This document shows positions 1 through 13,100 of a DNA stretch of 64,000 bases, in pieces. The position numbers were made by a program, and so were the translations under genes. Every line of letters begins with the position of its first letter. Position 1 is the first letter of the stretch. This DNA comes from Octopus vulgaris (lineage: Eukaryota), in contig OX597817.1 of the NCBI GenBank assembly GCA_951406725.2, positions 40,424,001 through 40,488,000 on the forward strand, written 5' to 3'. The notes under the pieces are model-generated. The model searched no databases. It was not told the origin of the DNA and saw only the letters and a program-made list of their open reading frames with translations.

Positions 1-734
1 TCAGCAATTAGAGCAAAGTCATCAGCATAGAGGAGCTCGGTTGTAGGGAAATATTAACTTGCTTGGAAATAAGTGAGGGTTGGTGATATGAAGGGCATCC
101 AGCCATAGAAAATCTGCCTCAATTCCATCTACTCCATGCAAGCATAAAAAAGTGCACGTTAAATGATGACAATGGTGATGACAACTGAGTTCTGGGTGCA
201 ATGCAGGAAACTTTGAATGACCAAAAAAATAATCTATATTATTAGACTCGTGTAGTTTGCAGATCTTGAGCAGTGAAACAATTAATGGAAGGGAAAAGCC
301 ACAAGCAAGTGTGAGCAAGTTTAGTGGAGAATGTAATAGTGAGAGAAGGAGGAAAGAAATACTGCAAACATATAATCACACATACACACACACATGCATG
401 CATGTACGCATACAGACAGCTAGTAGCTCTTAAAAGTTGTGGGAGTGCTATTGGAAGAGAAAATTGTTAATGCTAGTTGGGATGGTGAATTTGTATTTTT
501 TTTATTCCACTAATTGTTTTAAAATTGCTAATCACTTAACATATGCATTTTCGTGCAATTGATTGTTGTCTGCTAAAACAAACCCTTCACATTTGTTGAT
601 CTATAATATCATTGTGTCTGACTATGTCTGTAACTGTGGAATGAAACTGGTGGCATAATATTTTGTTAAAGGTACAGCATTTTTATTGTTACTAAGACCA
701 CAGACTGTAGATGAAGTATGATATATATATTATA

Positions 735-2000
735 CAGGGTGTGGTGAATATATTGTCATCTAAATTACGCGAAAATGAAAATAACATTGACATCTCATTT
801 TAACATATATTTACCAAAATAAAATTGCATTAAAATATCTTGAAATACTAAAGAATAAATTTATTGAATAAAATTGCCATTGGCTTCAACCATGACCTCT
901 AGGCAACTTCAGAATCTCCTGTGACTTTTTTGGACAGTCTCCTTGTTTAAGTTGGTGAATGCTGCTATAATCCTTGCTTTCAGTTTATCTTTGGTGTTAC
1001 AAAGAGTTTTGTTGGTTTCCTGCTCAACTGCACCCCACACATAATAACCAAGGGGTTGCAGTGTGAGGAGTTAGGTGGCCAGATGTTAGTGGTGATGTGG
1101 TCACAGAAATTATCCGATAGCCATGACTGGGTTTTCCTGCTTCTGTGGCATGGTGCAGAGTCCTGTTGTCATACGTAGGGTCTTCCAGCAGCACTACTTC
1201 CTCCAGGCACTTGATATAGGCCTCCATGTTGAGTTTGAGGCCATGTGGAAAAATGAATGGAGGCATAACATCACCATCACTAGTCATCACTCCAAACACC
1301 ATGATGTTGACTGGATGTTTGATTTTTATCACTCTCAGTACATGTTTTGTGTACACAGCAAGCCAACGGTTGTTTTGTGTGTTCACCATCTGATCCTGGC
1401 AGAAATTTTTCTTATCTGAGAAAAGCCAAAGCATGTTTGGTTGGAAGGGATGTTTGAATTCGTTCAAAAGCTTCATAGCACGGCCTTTCCTCTTGTTCTT
1501 GATGGCTTGGAATAAAAGTTGGCCATTTTTCATCTTGTATCAGTAATACCGAATGTCTTCATGCACTACCTGCCTAATAACAAACTCAGACACTCTCGTG
1601 TCCCTGGCAATGGACCTGATTGACTTGGAGGGATTGTTGTTAATCATGGCCTGGATTTTATCAACGAATTCAGAACTGTCCGAGTGAGTTTTCCAAGCTG
1701 CTGTATCTTTGTAATCACCATTATTCTTATCCATCTCTTTCTGAATCCTCTACACTGTCTTCAGATTGACACCCAAACCCTCTAAAATGTTCGTATTGGA
1801 GCTTCCAGCATGAATGCCAAGCAGTACAGCATGTCGTTTCAAAATTTCTGGCTGAGTGAATTGTGTCATCGTGCTGTTTTTCACACAGACTGTGCCCAAC
1901 TAACCCTACTATACTGTGTAGTTAACAAAATCAAAAACTAACAATGTGCATGTGCAAAATTAAAAATATAAAATGGCAACAATTTACCCATCACACCCTG
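735..2000 (-). mobile_element. Decayed Tc1/mariner-superfamily DNA transposon, DD37D (maT) type
   Basis: Termini CAGGGTGTG...CACACCCTG, each flanked by TA. Minus-strand transposase fragments: KSIRSIARD (HTH), WLFSDKKNF, MVFGVMTSDG, and after a frameshift YV*QQDSAPCH-...-WPPNSSHCNPLGYYVWG, with 37 aa between the second D and the mutated third D. Stops and frameshifts are present. Confidence 0.88.
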
Positions 2001-2025
2001 TATACATACATATATATATGCATAC

Positions 2026-2063
<38 letters not shown>

Positions 2064-3389
2064 GCATATATACAAACAAATAACAACAGATAGATAGCAG
2101 TTCACTCACTACAGCTGTTTCAGACATGTTTTTTTATCAATAAATAGAGTTATTGCATCATATGAAAACAGGTGAATATATGCATGAATTAAACATTTTA
2201 AAAAACATTTTCATGAATCCAAGTATGTGCCATTTCATGACTCACTGGTGAATTTCAGCCAGAGACTGATTTAATTTCATTAGTTTGTAGTTTATAAAAG
2301 AGAATCATTAAGGTAACTGGAATGGGGAGGGAAGCAAAAAGTTGCCATAGTGGGGGGGGGGAATGAATACGGAATAGGGGATGAGAATTTTATATTATGC
2401 TCTAACTCCCACAAGATAAGTTTATTTCATTTTTAATCTTTCAATAGCTGAACAACAGAGTTCCGGCCAAAACCAAAAGACACATTAAAAGATAATAGGA
2501 ATCTACAACAGGGAAATTCATCATAATAAACCCACATACATCCGTTTGTGCACAAAGATAAAGGGACATAGAATAATAAATCTACTTATGTCCAGATACA
2601 ACTATATCTCACCACATACATACGATAATGAAAACTACATAAAGCATACCAGCACACACATATTTATACACATATACCTATACATACATCTATATACATA
2701 TACTCCCATCTAACTATGTGTGTGTGTAATAAATATATATATATTAGCTTCACACAAAACAAAAAATGCCAAAACAGGTCAGTTCATCTCAAATTCTTTG
2801 TAAACAACAAAATATATCTCCTGTGTATATATATACTACCAAACATGACTTTTATTGAACTCTTAATATTTATCTTGAACTCCTAATACTTTTTGTTTAA
2901 TATATCCTCAAGATATTTCCTCGTAAACTGTTTTTAACATTTTCTTATTATTATCAAAGAATGTATATTTGTATTTTAAAGAATGTATATATGTATTTTA
3001 ATGCTTTTGTGACAAGCAGTACTTAACACAACAAAGCTTATATGAAGCTTTACATTTTACTTTTGACAATCTTTTTCTAAAAAAGTGAAACCAGTCAAGT
3101 GAATAAGCATCTTTTAAAATTGCATTTTCAAACCTTCTTTCAAATATATATTTCCACTTGCACGCTACCTTACAACTTCACTTTGTTGTGTGTATATATA
3201 TATGCCATGATAGATCGCTACCCACTACACATTCTTTATTTTCTCTCCTTGTTTCTTTCTGTGTTCCTTTCTGTGGAAGAGCGTAGGCTTCAAATGTTAA
3301 AGACTTTTTCACTTCCCGAGCGTTATACTAATACATGTGTTTGTTGTCTACACTCCCTGTCTTCGTCTTTTGTTTTTTTTGTGAATTCT

Positions 3390-3428
<39 letters not shown>

Positions 3429-3582
3429 TATATAATATATAATGATATGTATTTGCCTGTATAACCATACTCTGCACGCACACACGCACACACACACAAT
3501 TACATACATACATACATATATATGTATACACTTGAATCATGAACTTTAATATATACAGTATATACAGTCTAGTCTTCGGCTT

Positions 3583-3646
3583 TAGAGTCTGACGATATGT
3601 CTATGGGGCTAAGCCCTTTGTGGATGTGAAACCATTGGCCATTCTA
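3583..3646 (+). ncRNA. Type I hammerhead ribozyme-like motif (probably inactivated, GUC>GCC)
   Basis: Stem I UAGAGU(3583-88)/AUUCUA(3641-46); core CUGACGA 3589-95; G-U-rich stem II 3597-3627; GAAA 3628-31; stem III CC-auu-GG; then C-C where U-H is expected. Confidence 0.62.
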
Positions 3647-4229
3647 TGACCAGGCATAGACTTAGCTACTTACATGTGTGTGTGTGTATATGTATGTATA
3701 TGTATATATGTATGCATATGTATATGTGTTTACATATATGTATATTCTTTAGTCATTTAGTTTTTCACTGGTTATTGGATTATGTCTATGCTGGAGTCTC
3801 CCCTTCAGGGGTTTAGCTGAATACATTGATCTCCAGTACTTATTCTAAAGTTGGGTGTTTATTAGTATTTGTTGAACCATTGTTATGTTACATAAACATT
3901 ACTGGTTTAAAACAGTATAAACACACACGCACACTACAAGCTTCTATATTGGTTCTGTCTACCGACTTTTACTCAAGGCTATAGTTGAAGACTCTTGGCC
4001 CATAGGTTACATTGTTGGACTCAACCTATTACCACAAGGCTATGAAGCTAACTTTTTAACCTTGTAGTTATTCCAGCACCTATATTAATGATACATTTTT
4101 TTAGAATCCATGGCTCAGTGGTGCAGCAACTGTATTTCATTCACACTGTGGGTTCAAAACAGGCCTCGTGAATTTTTCTGATATGGAAATAAGGATGTAA
4201 TGCAGTGTATTAAGATTTTGTTGAAATGA

Positions 4230-4706
4230 GGACAGTTGTTAACAAGAGGTGCCGATCTCTAATTGTAGGGGGAACATGTGGAAGGGGTAGACCCAGGAAG
4301 ACATAGGATGAAGCAGTGAGAAAGGGTCTACAAACGTTGGTACTCACAGAGGGGAATGACAGGGGACCGAGATTCCTGGCAGTTTGCTGTGCTTGAAAAG
4401 ACTTATCAAGCTAAGTAAAAGCATGGTTGTCCTTGTATACAGGCTCATCCCTTGCAACCCCCCTCTGGCTGAGTACCCCTAATCTTGTGGGCTTGTAAGT
4501 GCTGGTGCCACGTAAAAGCACCCATAATGGTGCTGCATAAAAGCACCCAGTACACTCTGTAAAGTGGTTGGTGTTATGAAGTGCATCCAGCCATAGAAAC
4601 CATACCAAAACAGACAGGGAGCCTGAACAGCCCTTTAGCTGGTCAGTCTCTGTCAAATCGTCCAACCCATGCCAGCATGGGAAATGGACATTAAATGATG
4701 ATGATG
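4230..4706 (+). mobile_element. 3' end of an RTE-clade LINE (degenerate ORF C-terminus, 3' UTR, (GAT)n tail)
   Basis: Translates roughly as KRCRSLIVGGTCGRGRPRKT*DEAVRKGLQTLVLTE..DRDSWQFAVLEKT. GRGRP..W is typical of RTE ORF ends. It continues into the window's common AAAAGCACC...CATCCAGC...AACCCATGCCAGCATGG...GATGAT repeat. Confidence 0.75.
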
Positions 4707-5033
4707 TTACTAATGTAGTCATACCATAGCAGAGTAATATTATAGATAGTTTTTTCTTTGATTTTGTTCCTGGGTTAAAATCGTTTATTTTTTTAATGTA
4801 AAGTGAAAACTAATAGATAACTCTTCAAGGTCAAAGAAGTTACAAGTGTATAACAAAGATGTTCTCTCCTAATATTGCACCTTCAGTACCACCTATGTGA
4901 ACTTCTGCATCATCTCAAGAATCAGATGTTGCAAGCAGAATACAGTTTCAAAAAAACTGCCAACCATCTTTATCAGTTTATTGTTGATAATATTCTGTTG
5001 TTTGGAAATCACAAGACTAACTGAACAAAGTGT

Positions 5034-5260
5034 ACAGTTTTGTGAATAATTCGCAAAGTACTAACCAAAAATATTTGGAACCTACATTATATTTGGTTTA
5101 GTTTTAGATTCTCTAGGTTTCTGTAGACTCGTTCATCAACTCCAACAGTTTTGTGAATAATTCGCAAAGTACTAACCAAAAATATTTGGAACCTACATTA
5201 TATTTGGTTTAGTTTTAGATTCTCTAGGTTTCTGTAGACTCGTTCATCAACTCCAACAGT
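5034..5260. repeat. Perfect 111-bp tandem duplication
   Basis: Units start at 5034 and 5145; ACAGT microhomology at 5034, 5145 and 5256. Confidence 0.9.
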
Positions 5261-6293
5261 AAACCTCTATGAAACCTCTGATATTATTAACAGCATTTGA
5301 AGGTGTTGTGTGGTTAAGAAGTTTGCATGGTTTCAGCTTCAGTCCAACTCTGTGGCACCTTGGGCAAGTGTCTTATGCTATAGCTCAGGCGAACCAGTCT
5401 TGTGAGTGGATTTGGTAGATAGAAAGTGAAAGAAGCCCGTCATATCTATCTGTCTGTCTGTCTATCTATCTATCTTGTCTGTCTGTCTGTCTGTCTGTCT
5501 CCTCTCTCTCTCTCTCCTTCTGTGATACACTATCTCTTTTGATCTTTTTTTTTCCCCACGATCCCTTTTGATCAGAATTTTACTTTTTTCTTCTCATTTT
5601 TCCCCTTTTCTTTTTTATTTTCGAAAAGAAAATCTCTACATTTGTATTTGTCCCCTGTGTTCAGCCCTGTATGTCCAATAATGAAAGTTATCTATCTATC
5701 TTTCTGTCTCTCTGTCTGTCTGTCTCTCTCTCTGTCTGTTTGTTCATCCGTCTATCTATCTATCTATCTCTCTGTCTGTCTGTCTACCTATCTTTCTTTG
5801 TGTGCATGTGTGTGTATGCATGTATGTCTCCTTATGACATCACATGGTTGTTGTAAATTTTGCAAAAACAATGTCTGGCCATGGGGAAGTATTACCTTGC
5901 ATGGTAACAGATAAAACTAGGCAGCAACAAGAAGGGCATCCAACCTTAGAAAATCTTCAATAAGCTCCATCTAACCCATGCAAGTACAGAAAAATGGATG
6001 TTAAAACGGTGACGATGATGATGACAATGTGTAATAAAACATAGCAATAGAAAAATACGTTCTCAAGAAATTAGAATTTACTGCAAGAAATTATGCAAAA
6101 CCATTCTGAATTTTAATTGTTGCTAACTTTCTACAAATATATTTTATTTTATTTTATTTCTATTTATTCATTTATTTATTTTTGAAAATATTACTTGCAC
6201 TCTCACACAATATTTTGTAGCCTTGGTGTCTACAAAAACTTTTTAATTCAGCTCGGGGCATTTTCATGAATAAATTTTCTCTTTCTTTTTCAG

Positions 6294-6504
6294 ACTTAAC
6301 TATTTCTTAGCCGGTGGATTACATCCCTGGGGATTTCATATTGTTAATGTTATTCTACATGGAATTGTGTCCATTCTATTCTTAAAAGTCTTTTCTTGTG
6401 TATTTGGTGCTTGTTCTACCAGTACACTTGGTGGCTTTCCTGCTGCGAAATCTTCCCTTTTGTGTGCAGTCATCTTCGCCATCCATCCAGTTCATACCGA
6501 AAAT
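6294..6504 (+). CDS. TMTC4: TMTC4 exon (window exon 1): (R)LNYFLAGGLHPWGFHIVNVILHG...AIHPVHTEN
   Basis: Pyrimidine tract and cag acceptor at 6291-6293; gtaagt donor at 6505; 211 nt, phase 2 to 0. Confidence 0.93.
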
Positions 6505-8271
6505 GTAAGTTAGCTGTTTAGCATTTTCTTTTTTTTATATTTACTTCTTTGTAAGAATGTATTATTTCTTTAGTCTTTTCAAAGATATAAATATATATAT
6601 ATATGTATATATCCCTTTTTATCTCTCCTGCTTTTTCCTTATCTCTATCTCATTTTCCTCCTTTTCATGTTCTTTCTCTTATTCCATGCCCATTTCTCTA
6701 TCTCTCTCTCTGCATTGATTTCTTCAAAAGTTCCTGATAATACTCTTGCACTACTTTTACACACACACACACATGCACACCCATGTACACACACTCACAT
6801 GTACACACTCACTCACATGTACACACATGCACACACTCACTCACATGTACACACACGCACACACTCACATGTACACACATACACACTCTCACATGTACAC
6901 ACATGCACACACACACACTCACATGTACACACATGCACACACACATGCATATATACATCACACACACACACGTTACAAGATCCTTGAAAGAGTGTTAGTG
7001 TTATCCTTATATATATTATAAAACTGAATGTGTATGTTAGATGTGTGTGTGTGTGTTTAGAAACAAAAATGGAATATGGGGGTAGGGAAGCTTGGAAGAC
7101 TGGGAAATATAGCTAAAGAGAGAGTGAGAAGAGATAATGGAACATTTATTACTAGAGAGAGGAGCGTTGGATGGTGTTACTGATAGAGAGAAAAAAAGAT
7201 TAAAATTACTGAGGGAGAGGGAGAAAGACAGAGAGAGAGAGAGAATAGATGCTACTGCTAGCAGAAAGAGATATAAAGAGACAGAGCACTCTGCTACCAA
7301 TAGAAAATGGGAAGGAGAAAGGTACAGATACTGTCACCAAGAGAAATGGACAGATTAATGTTTATTTACACTCATTTAACCCCTCATAAATATTCCTGAC
7401 ACAAAATACTCTTTGCAGTATTGTTATTTATTTGCTTTTTCTGTTGCGGTGGGTGTTACATCTGTCTGCTTTTTTCCATTCTGTTATGTGAGACATTTCT
7501 TAACAGTTATGCTTATTTATTGATTGAAGCAATAAGTTTTAAGGAGTTAGGGTCTTTATATATGACAACTAAATCAGAAGGAAAAATATTTTGTCATGTG
7601 TGAACAGAAGAAAACTTATGTTCAAAAAAGGTGTAAGATATGGCAATGCACTGAGCAGATGAGACATTGTATCATATGACCAAATGGAAGAAGCAGACAA
7701 CATATCACATGACCAACAGATATGAGGACACCTCTTCCCCTAACTTCCCTCACAGTGTTATTTGTATTTTGAAGCTTGCCACTTCATTTTGATCTTAGTT
7801 AAACATTAAAGAAAATCTTAAGAAAAATATTGGGGAAAAAAATAATAAAAATAATATTGGTTCCATTGTTGAAAGAAACACATATTGATGCCGAAAATAT
7901 TGTGTTCTATATTTCAATAACAGAATGGATTTAACTTTAAAAAAATCATTAGGTTCAAAGGAATAATATGGCTTCTTCTGCTTAATTTGACGATATTTTG
8001 TTTTTGATATTTTGCTGTTTATTATGTGTGTCTTTGTAAATCCAATACAATGATTCCTCCAGATTCAAAACTCTCTTGCAGATATGAGATTCTACAATCA
8101 TTCAGGCACAGGCTTAACTGTGGGGTTACTAAGATTGCTTCCCAACCATGTGGTCTTGATTTCAATCTCAACACATGATGCCTTGGGCCAGTGTCTTCTA
8201 CTATAGCCTTATGAGTAGGGTTGCTACACAGAAATTGAAAGAAGGTAGTTGCATATATATATTTATATATA

Positions 8272-8322
<51 letters not shown>

Positions 8323-9828
8323 TCATCATCATCGTTTAACATACGTTTTCCATGCTAGCATGGTTTGACCGGGTTCTGGGAAGCCAGGAGGCTGCACCAG
8401 GCTCCAGTCTGATCTGGCAGTGTTTCTGCAGCTGGATGCCCTTCTTAACGCCAACCACTCCGTGAGTGTAGTGGGTGCTTTTTACGTGCCACCAGCACAG
8501 GTGACAGGGGAGGCTGGCAACGGCCACGATCGGTTGGTGCTTTTTACATGCCATATATATATATGTATGTATATAATTCAAAGAGAGTTAGAGGTTGTGA
8601 ATCCAACCAACTAAGGGATAGTATCTATCCAATATACTGCTTGTAGAATACCCAATTATTAATACACAAGTGTTGGTTATTGCATGGAAATTACACTACT
8701 GAGTGTAATAAATGGGTACAGTTAACAAGCGGTTTTACCCTTAATTTATATGGCAAGAAGAAAATAGAGGGGATTATAATAAGTCGGTTTATTTATTTTG
8801 AACAATTCTAAGAATATATACACATGTGTAAAAATTGTGTTTTACATATAAAGATTGTGTTTTACATATAAAGTACCAGTAATTTCTAGAATAGAGAAAG
8901 AAATTACTGGTACTTTATATATAAAACACAATCATTACACATGTATATATATTCTTAGAATTGTTCAATATAAATAAATAGACATAATATAATGTGTAAT
9001 GGTTGATGCATACTACCTCTGGATCCTCTCCGTTTTCTTCTTGCCGTATGTATAAGAGACCAAAGTGTATGTATTCGGCCATGTATATAAAAAGGAGTAC
9101 AAAAAATGGTACAAGAATGCAAAACATCCAAACAGTTAGATGATACACAAAAGGACAAGAAAAAACAAGGAGGGGTCATTTGCCCCTTCACACTTACTTC
9201 ATTCTTTCCACTCTTCTTTCTGTTATTCTCCCTCTCTAACATTTCCTGGCTTTCTCTTCAGTCTCACCTTCCCTCCTCTTTCACTTCACTCTGTCCCTTT
9301 TCTTTTTTTCTTGTCCCTCCCTAATTCTTCTATCCCTCTGCCTCTACCTTTCTCCTCTCTCTCCACATGACTGGTGTTCAGCCAAGCCTGACCTTTCTTT
9401 CTTGGTTCAACTACCATCCCTGCAACATCTATATTCCTTCCCATGTCTGTCATCTCTGATGTCCCTGCCATAAGGCTTCACTTCCACACACGCCAGCTTA
9501 ATTTAATTTGTCCTTAGTCGAAAAACACCTGTTCTTAATGTCCTGTTATTTGCATTTGTGTTTGTTTTTTCTCTGTTTTTTTTTTTCCATCCTTGTTTTT
9601 GCATACATTCGCTGCTTTCTTCCATGGAATCTAGTGCTCTTAGCTTGCTTTTTCCATGGGGCTGGCCAGATTGGAGCAATCTCAACTATAACCAGCCAAA
9701 ATTGCAAAGATAATCTGGAACTCGACTGACGAAAGAAAACTCTGAATGACTTGTCCTTCCTTTTTCTTGTTCCTTTTTTAGTATCATCTGTCTGGATGTT
9801 TTGCGTTCTTGTCCCATTTTTTGTATTC

Positions 9829-9880
<52 letters not shown>

Positions 9881-10106
9881 GGGGGGGAGAGAATTCACAA
9901 AAAAAACAAAAGACGAAGACAGGTGGTGTAGACAACAAGTCTATTAGTATAACGCTCAGGAAGTGAAAAAGTCTTTAATGTTTTGAGCCTATGCTCTTTC
10001 ACAGAAAGGAACGCAGAAGGAAACAAGGAGAGAAAATAAAGAATGTGTCGTGGTTAGCGATCTGTCATGGCTTTATCTATCATGCTTACACACACACACA
10101 CACACT

Positions 10107-10157
<51 letters not shown>

Positions 10158-13100
10158 AGTCACAATATATGGGTTCAACTAATCTGGTAGTACTCATAAA
10201 AAAAGCTCCTTAATGTTTTATTCTACAAAACACATAGAATATATAGTATTCTTTTATTTGTTTCAATCATTTCGCTGTGGCCATGCTGGAGCACTGACTT
10301 TTGATACAAAAGAAAAATATAAAAAGTGTATGAAATTGTAAATAAGGAGAGAAACTTATAAATTATAAAATTATAAATAAAAAGTGATCCATGATGAAAA
10401 TATTTTACTATTAAATATTCAAACTTAATGATTGTTTCGCAGCTTAATAAATGTATAATTTTTTTATTTTATTATATTTTATAATAATTGATAAATTATT
10501 TACATGTCTATATTGATGTGTATATATAAATATAATATTTAAATTAATGCAGATATTGAGCTTGTTCGTTAGGTTAAAAAAATTCCATGTTTAAAATTAT
10601 ATCTCAACATAACATTTCAAAAAATTAATTATTCAATATCCAATTGTGAAATAAATTTTATCATAGTTTATTTCTTTCTTTATAATATAATTTCATATAT
10701 ATATTTATATATATGTGTGTGTGTGTTTGTATGTACCCTTGTCTTGACATCATTTGATGATCGTAAACAAGCACCATCATACAAGTGATGTTGTTCATTT
10801 CCAGTCTTCCATGAAAACATGTCTGGCCATGGGGAAACATTAGCTTGTTTGGAAACAGTTAAGGGTTGGTGATAGGAAGGGCCTCAGTAAATTCCATCTC
10901 ACCCTTGCAAGCATGGCAAATTGGATATTAAACGATGATGACGATTCAGACTGTCAACTTGAATAAAACTGTGTATGTCTATGAAAATGGAATACTTTCT
11001 TTTGTTCAAGTATTACAGGGTGTCATCATATTCTAAGCTATGAAGTTCTATGTTTGTTCCTTCTTGAGCCACGCCTGGCTCATAAGGGCCGGTTTTCCAG
11101 TTTCCTTGGTGCATAGGTTCCCCACCTGGACGGGATGCTGATCCATCGCAGGTGAGCTGCTAGATGCAGGAAGAAAGAGTGAGAGAAAGTTGTGGCGAAA
11201 GAGACAGCAGAAGTTCGCCATTACCTTCTGCTGGAGCCATGTGGAGCTTAGGTGTTTTCGCTCATAAACACACACATCGCCCGGTCTGAGATTCGAACCC
11301 GCGATCCCTCGACCACGAGTCCGCTGCTCTAACCACTAGGTCATGTACTTCCTCTAAGCTATGAAGTAGATTGTGTTAAATATGATTTCCAACCAACCTA
11401 TTCGATATCCATAATTATATCAAAGAGTCTTGTAATTTGCTTGAAGCATTGTAATTTGTAAACAATACAAATCATCATCATTTTCATATACACTTTCCAT
11501 GTTTGCATGGCTCAGATGGAATTTGTTGGAGGCAGATTCCCTACATCAAGATGTCCTTCTTGTTATAAATCCTCACCTGTTTATAAACTAGGTAATATTT
11601 CCCTATGGTTAGAGATACCCACTACACTCATGGAATGGTTGGCGTTAGGAAGGGCATCCAGCTGTAGAAACACTGCCAAATCAGACTGGAGCCTAGTGCA
11701 GCCTCCTAGCTTCCCAGACCCCAGTCGAACTGTCTAACCCATGCTAGCATGGAAAATGGACGTTAAACGATGATGATGATGAGAAGCCTTGGAATAAACA
11801 ACATGGCTGGTGATTGTTTACAACCATTGCGTGATGTCAAGACAAGGGTTTCCATAAATACATGCTTACACACACACTTACACATACTCACACACACTCA
11901 CACACTCCCCCCCTCTATCTCATAAAAAGCGAAGACGGAGTTGTTGGTATTATCGTAAATCCTCGAGTATAGTCTGCCCTTGAGTATAATACGCAGGGGA
12001 TTTTTAGGGGGCTGTAACTCTGAAAAACCTAAACCTTGTGTATAATACGCACCCCTTCTCTAACTTGAGTCAAGGAGGTCTATATAACGTCCTTGATTTG
12101 TAAAAATGTATAGAGTAATGTACTTTATTGTTATTATATATATAACATAATGCAAACGTGTAGCTTTTTTGTGCATTTTGTTTGCAGAAAATAAAGAAAT
12201 AACAGTAATAACGTTTAATAAATGTTGCTCACTGCAAGTTATGGATGATTCTTTTATGACTTCATTGCTTTCAGTCTTAGCTTAAAGTATTTTCGTGCCC
12301 GACATCACAAAATGCATCTGAATAAACATTGCTGGACAGCAAATAGAGACTCGGACATTGCTTAGAAAATATTTTCCATTTTTAACCATGTATATAGTAT
12401 GCACTAGGGATTTTGACCTTAAAATTTGGGGAAAAAATGTGGATTATACTCGAGGATTTACGGTATATTTATTTCACAGTTTACAAATATTTCAATAATA
12501 TTTTAGTGACAAATCATATAACATGCATGAAGACATGGTACAAAGAAGCGATACTGTCATAGCGATTATTCTCTTTCTTTTACTCTTTTACTTGTTTCAG
12601 TTATTTGACTGCGGCTCTGCTGGAGCACCGCCTTTAGTCGAGCAAATCGCCCCCAGGACTTATTCTTTGGAAGCCTAGTACTTATTCTATCGGTCTCTTT
12701 TGCCGAACCGCTAAGTTACAGGGATGTAAACACACCACCATCGGTTGTCAAGTGATGTTGGGGGAATAAACACAGACACACAAACATATATACATATATA
12801 CGACAGGCTTCATTCAGTTTCCATCTACCAAATCCACTCACAAGGCTTTGGTCAGCCCAAGGCTATAGTAGAAGACACTTGCCCAAGGTGACACACAGTG
12901 GGACTGAACCTGGAACCATGTGGTTGATAAGCAAGCTACTTACCACACAGCCACTCCTATGTATTGTATAATACATATTTTATAAAGATTGACCCATAGT
13001 CATATTTAGTCATAACACTTGTGAATAAATAAATAAATTAATTAATTAATTAATAATAGTTACATAGATGAAATCACTTATATAAAGAAGTCTTATGACC

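Noticed and set aside
1-6293. Expected upstream TMTC exon (SHKSYRPLT-like)
   Set aside because: No such sequence is visible; the preceding exon probably lies upstream of the window.
6667-7021. His/Thr-rich ORFs in three frames
   Set aside because: Translation of a cryptic (CA)-based microsatellite; no coding signal.
9715-9765. CTGACGA followed by a weak stem and GAAT (also CTGAGGA in the copy at about 44020-44050, minus)
   Set aside because: No GAAA or stem III geometry and poor stem I/II pairing; not called a hammerhead.
11270-11352. tRNA-like sequence with A and B boxes
   Set aside because: It is the head of a SINE with body, tail and TSD, not a stand-alone tRNA gene.
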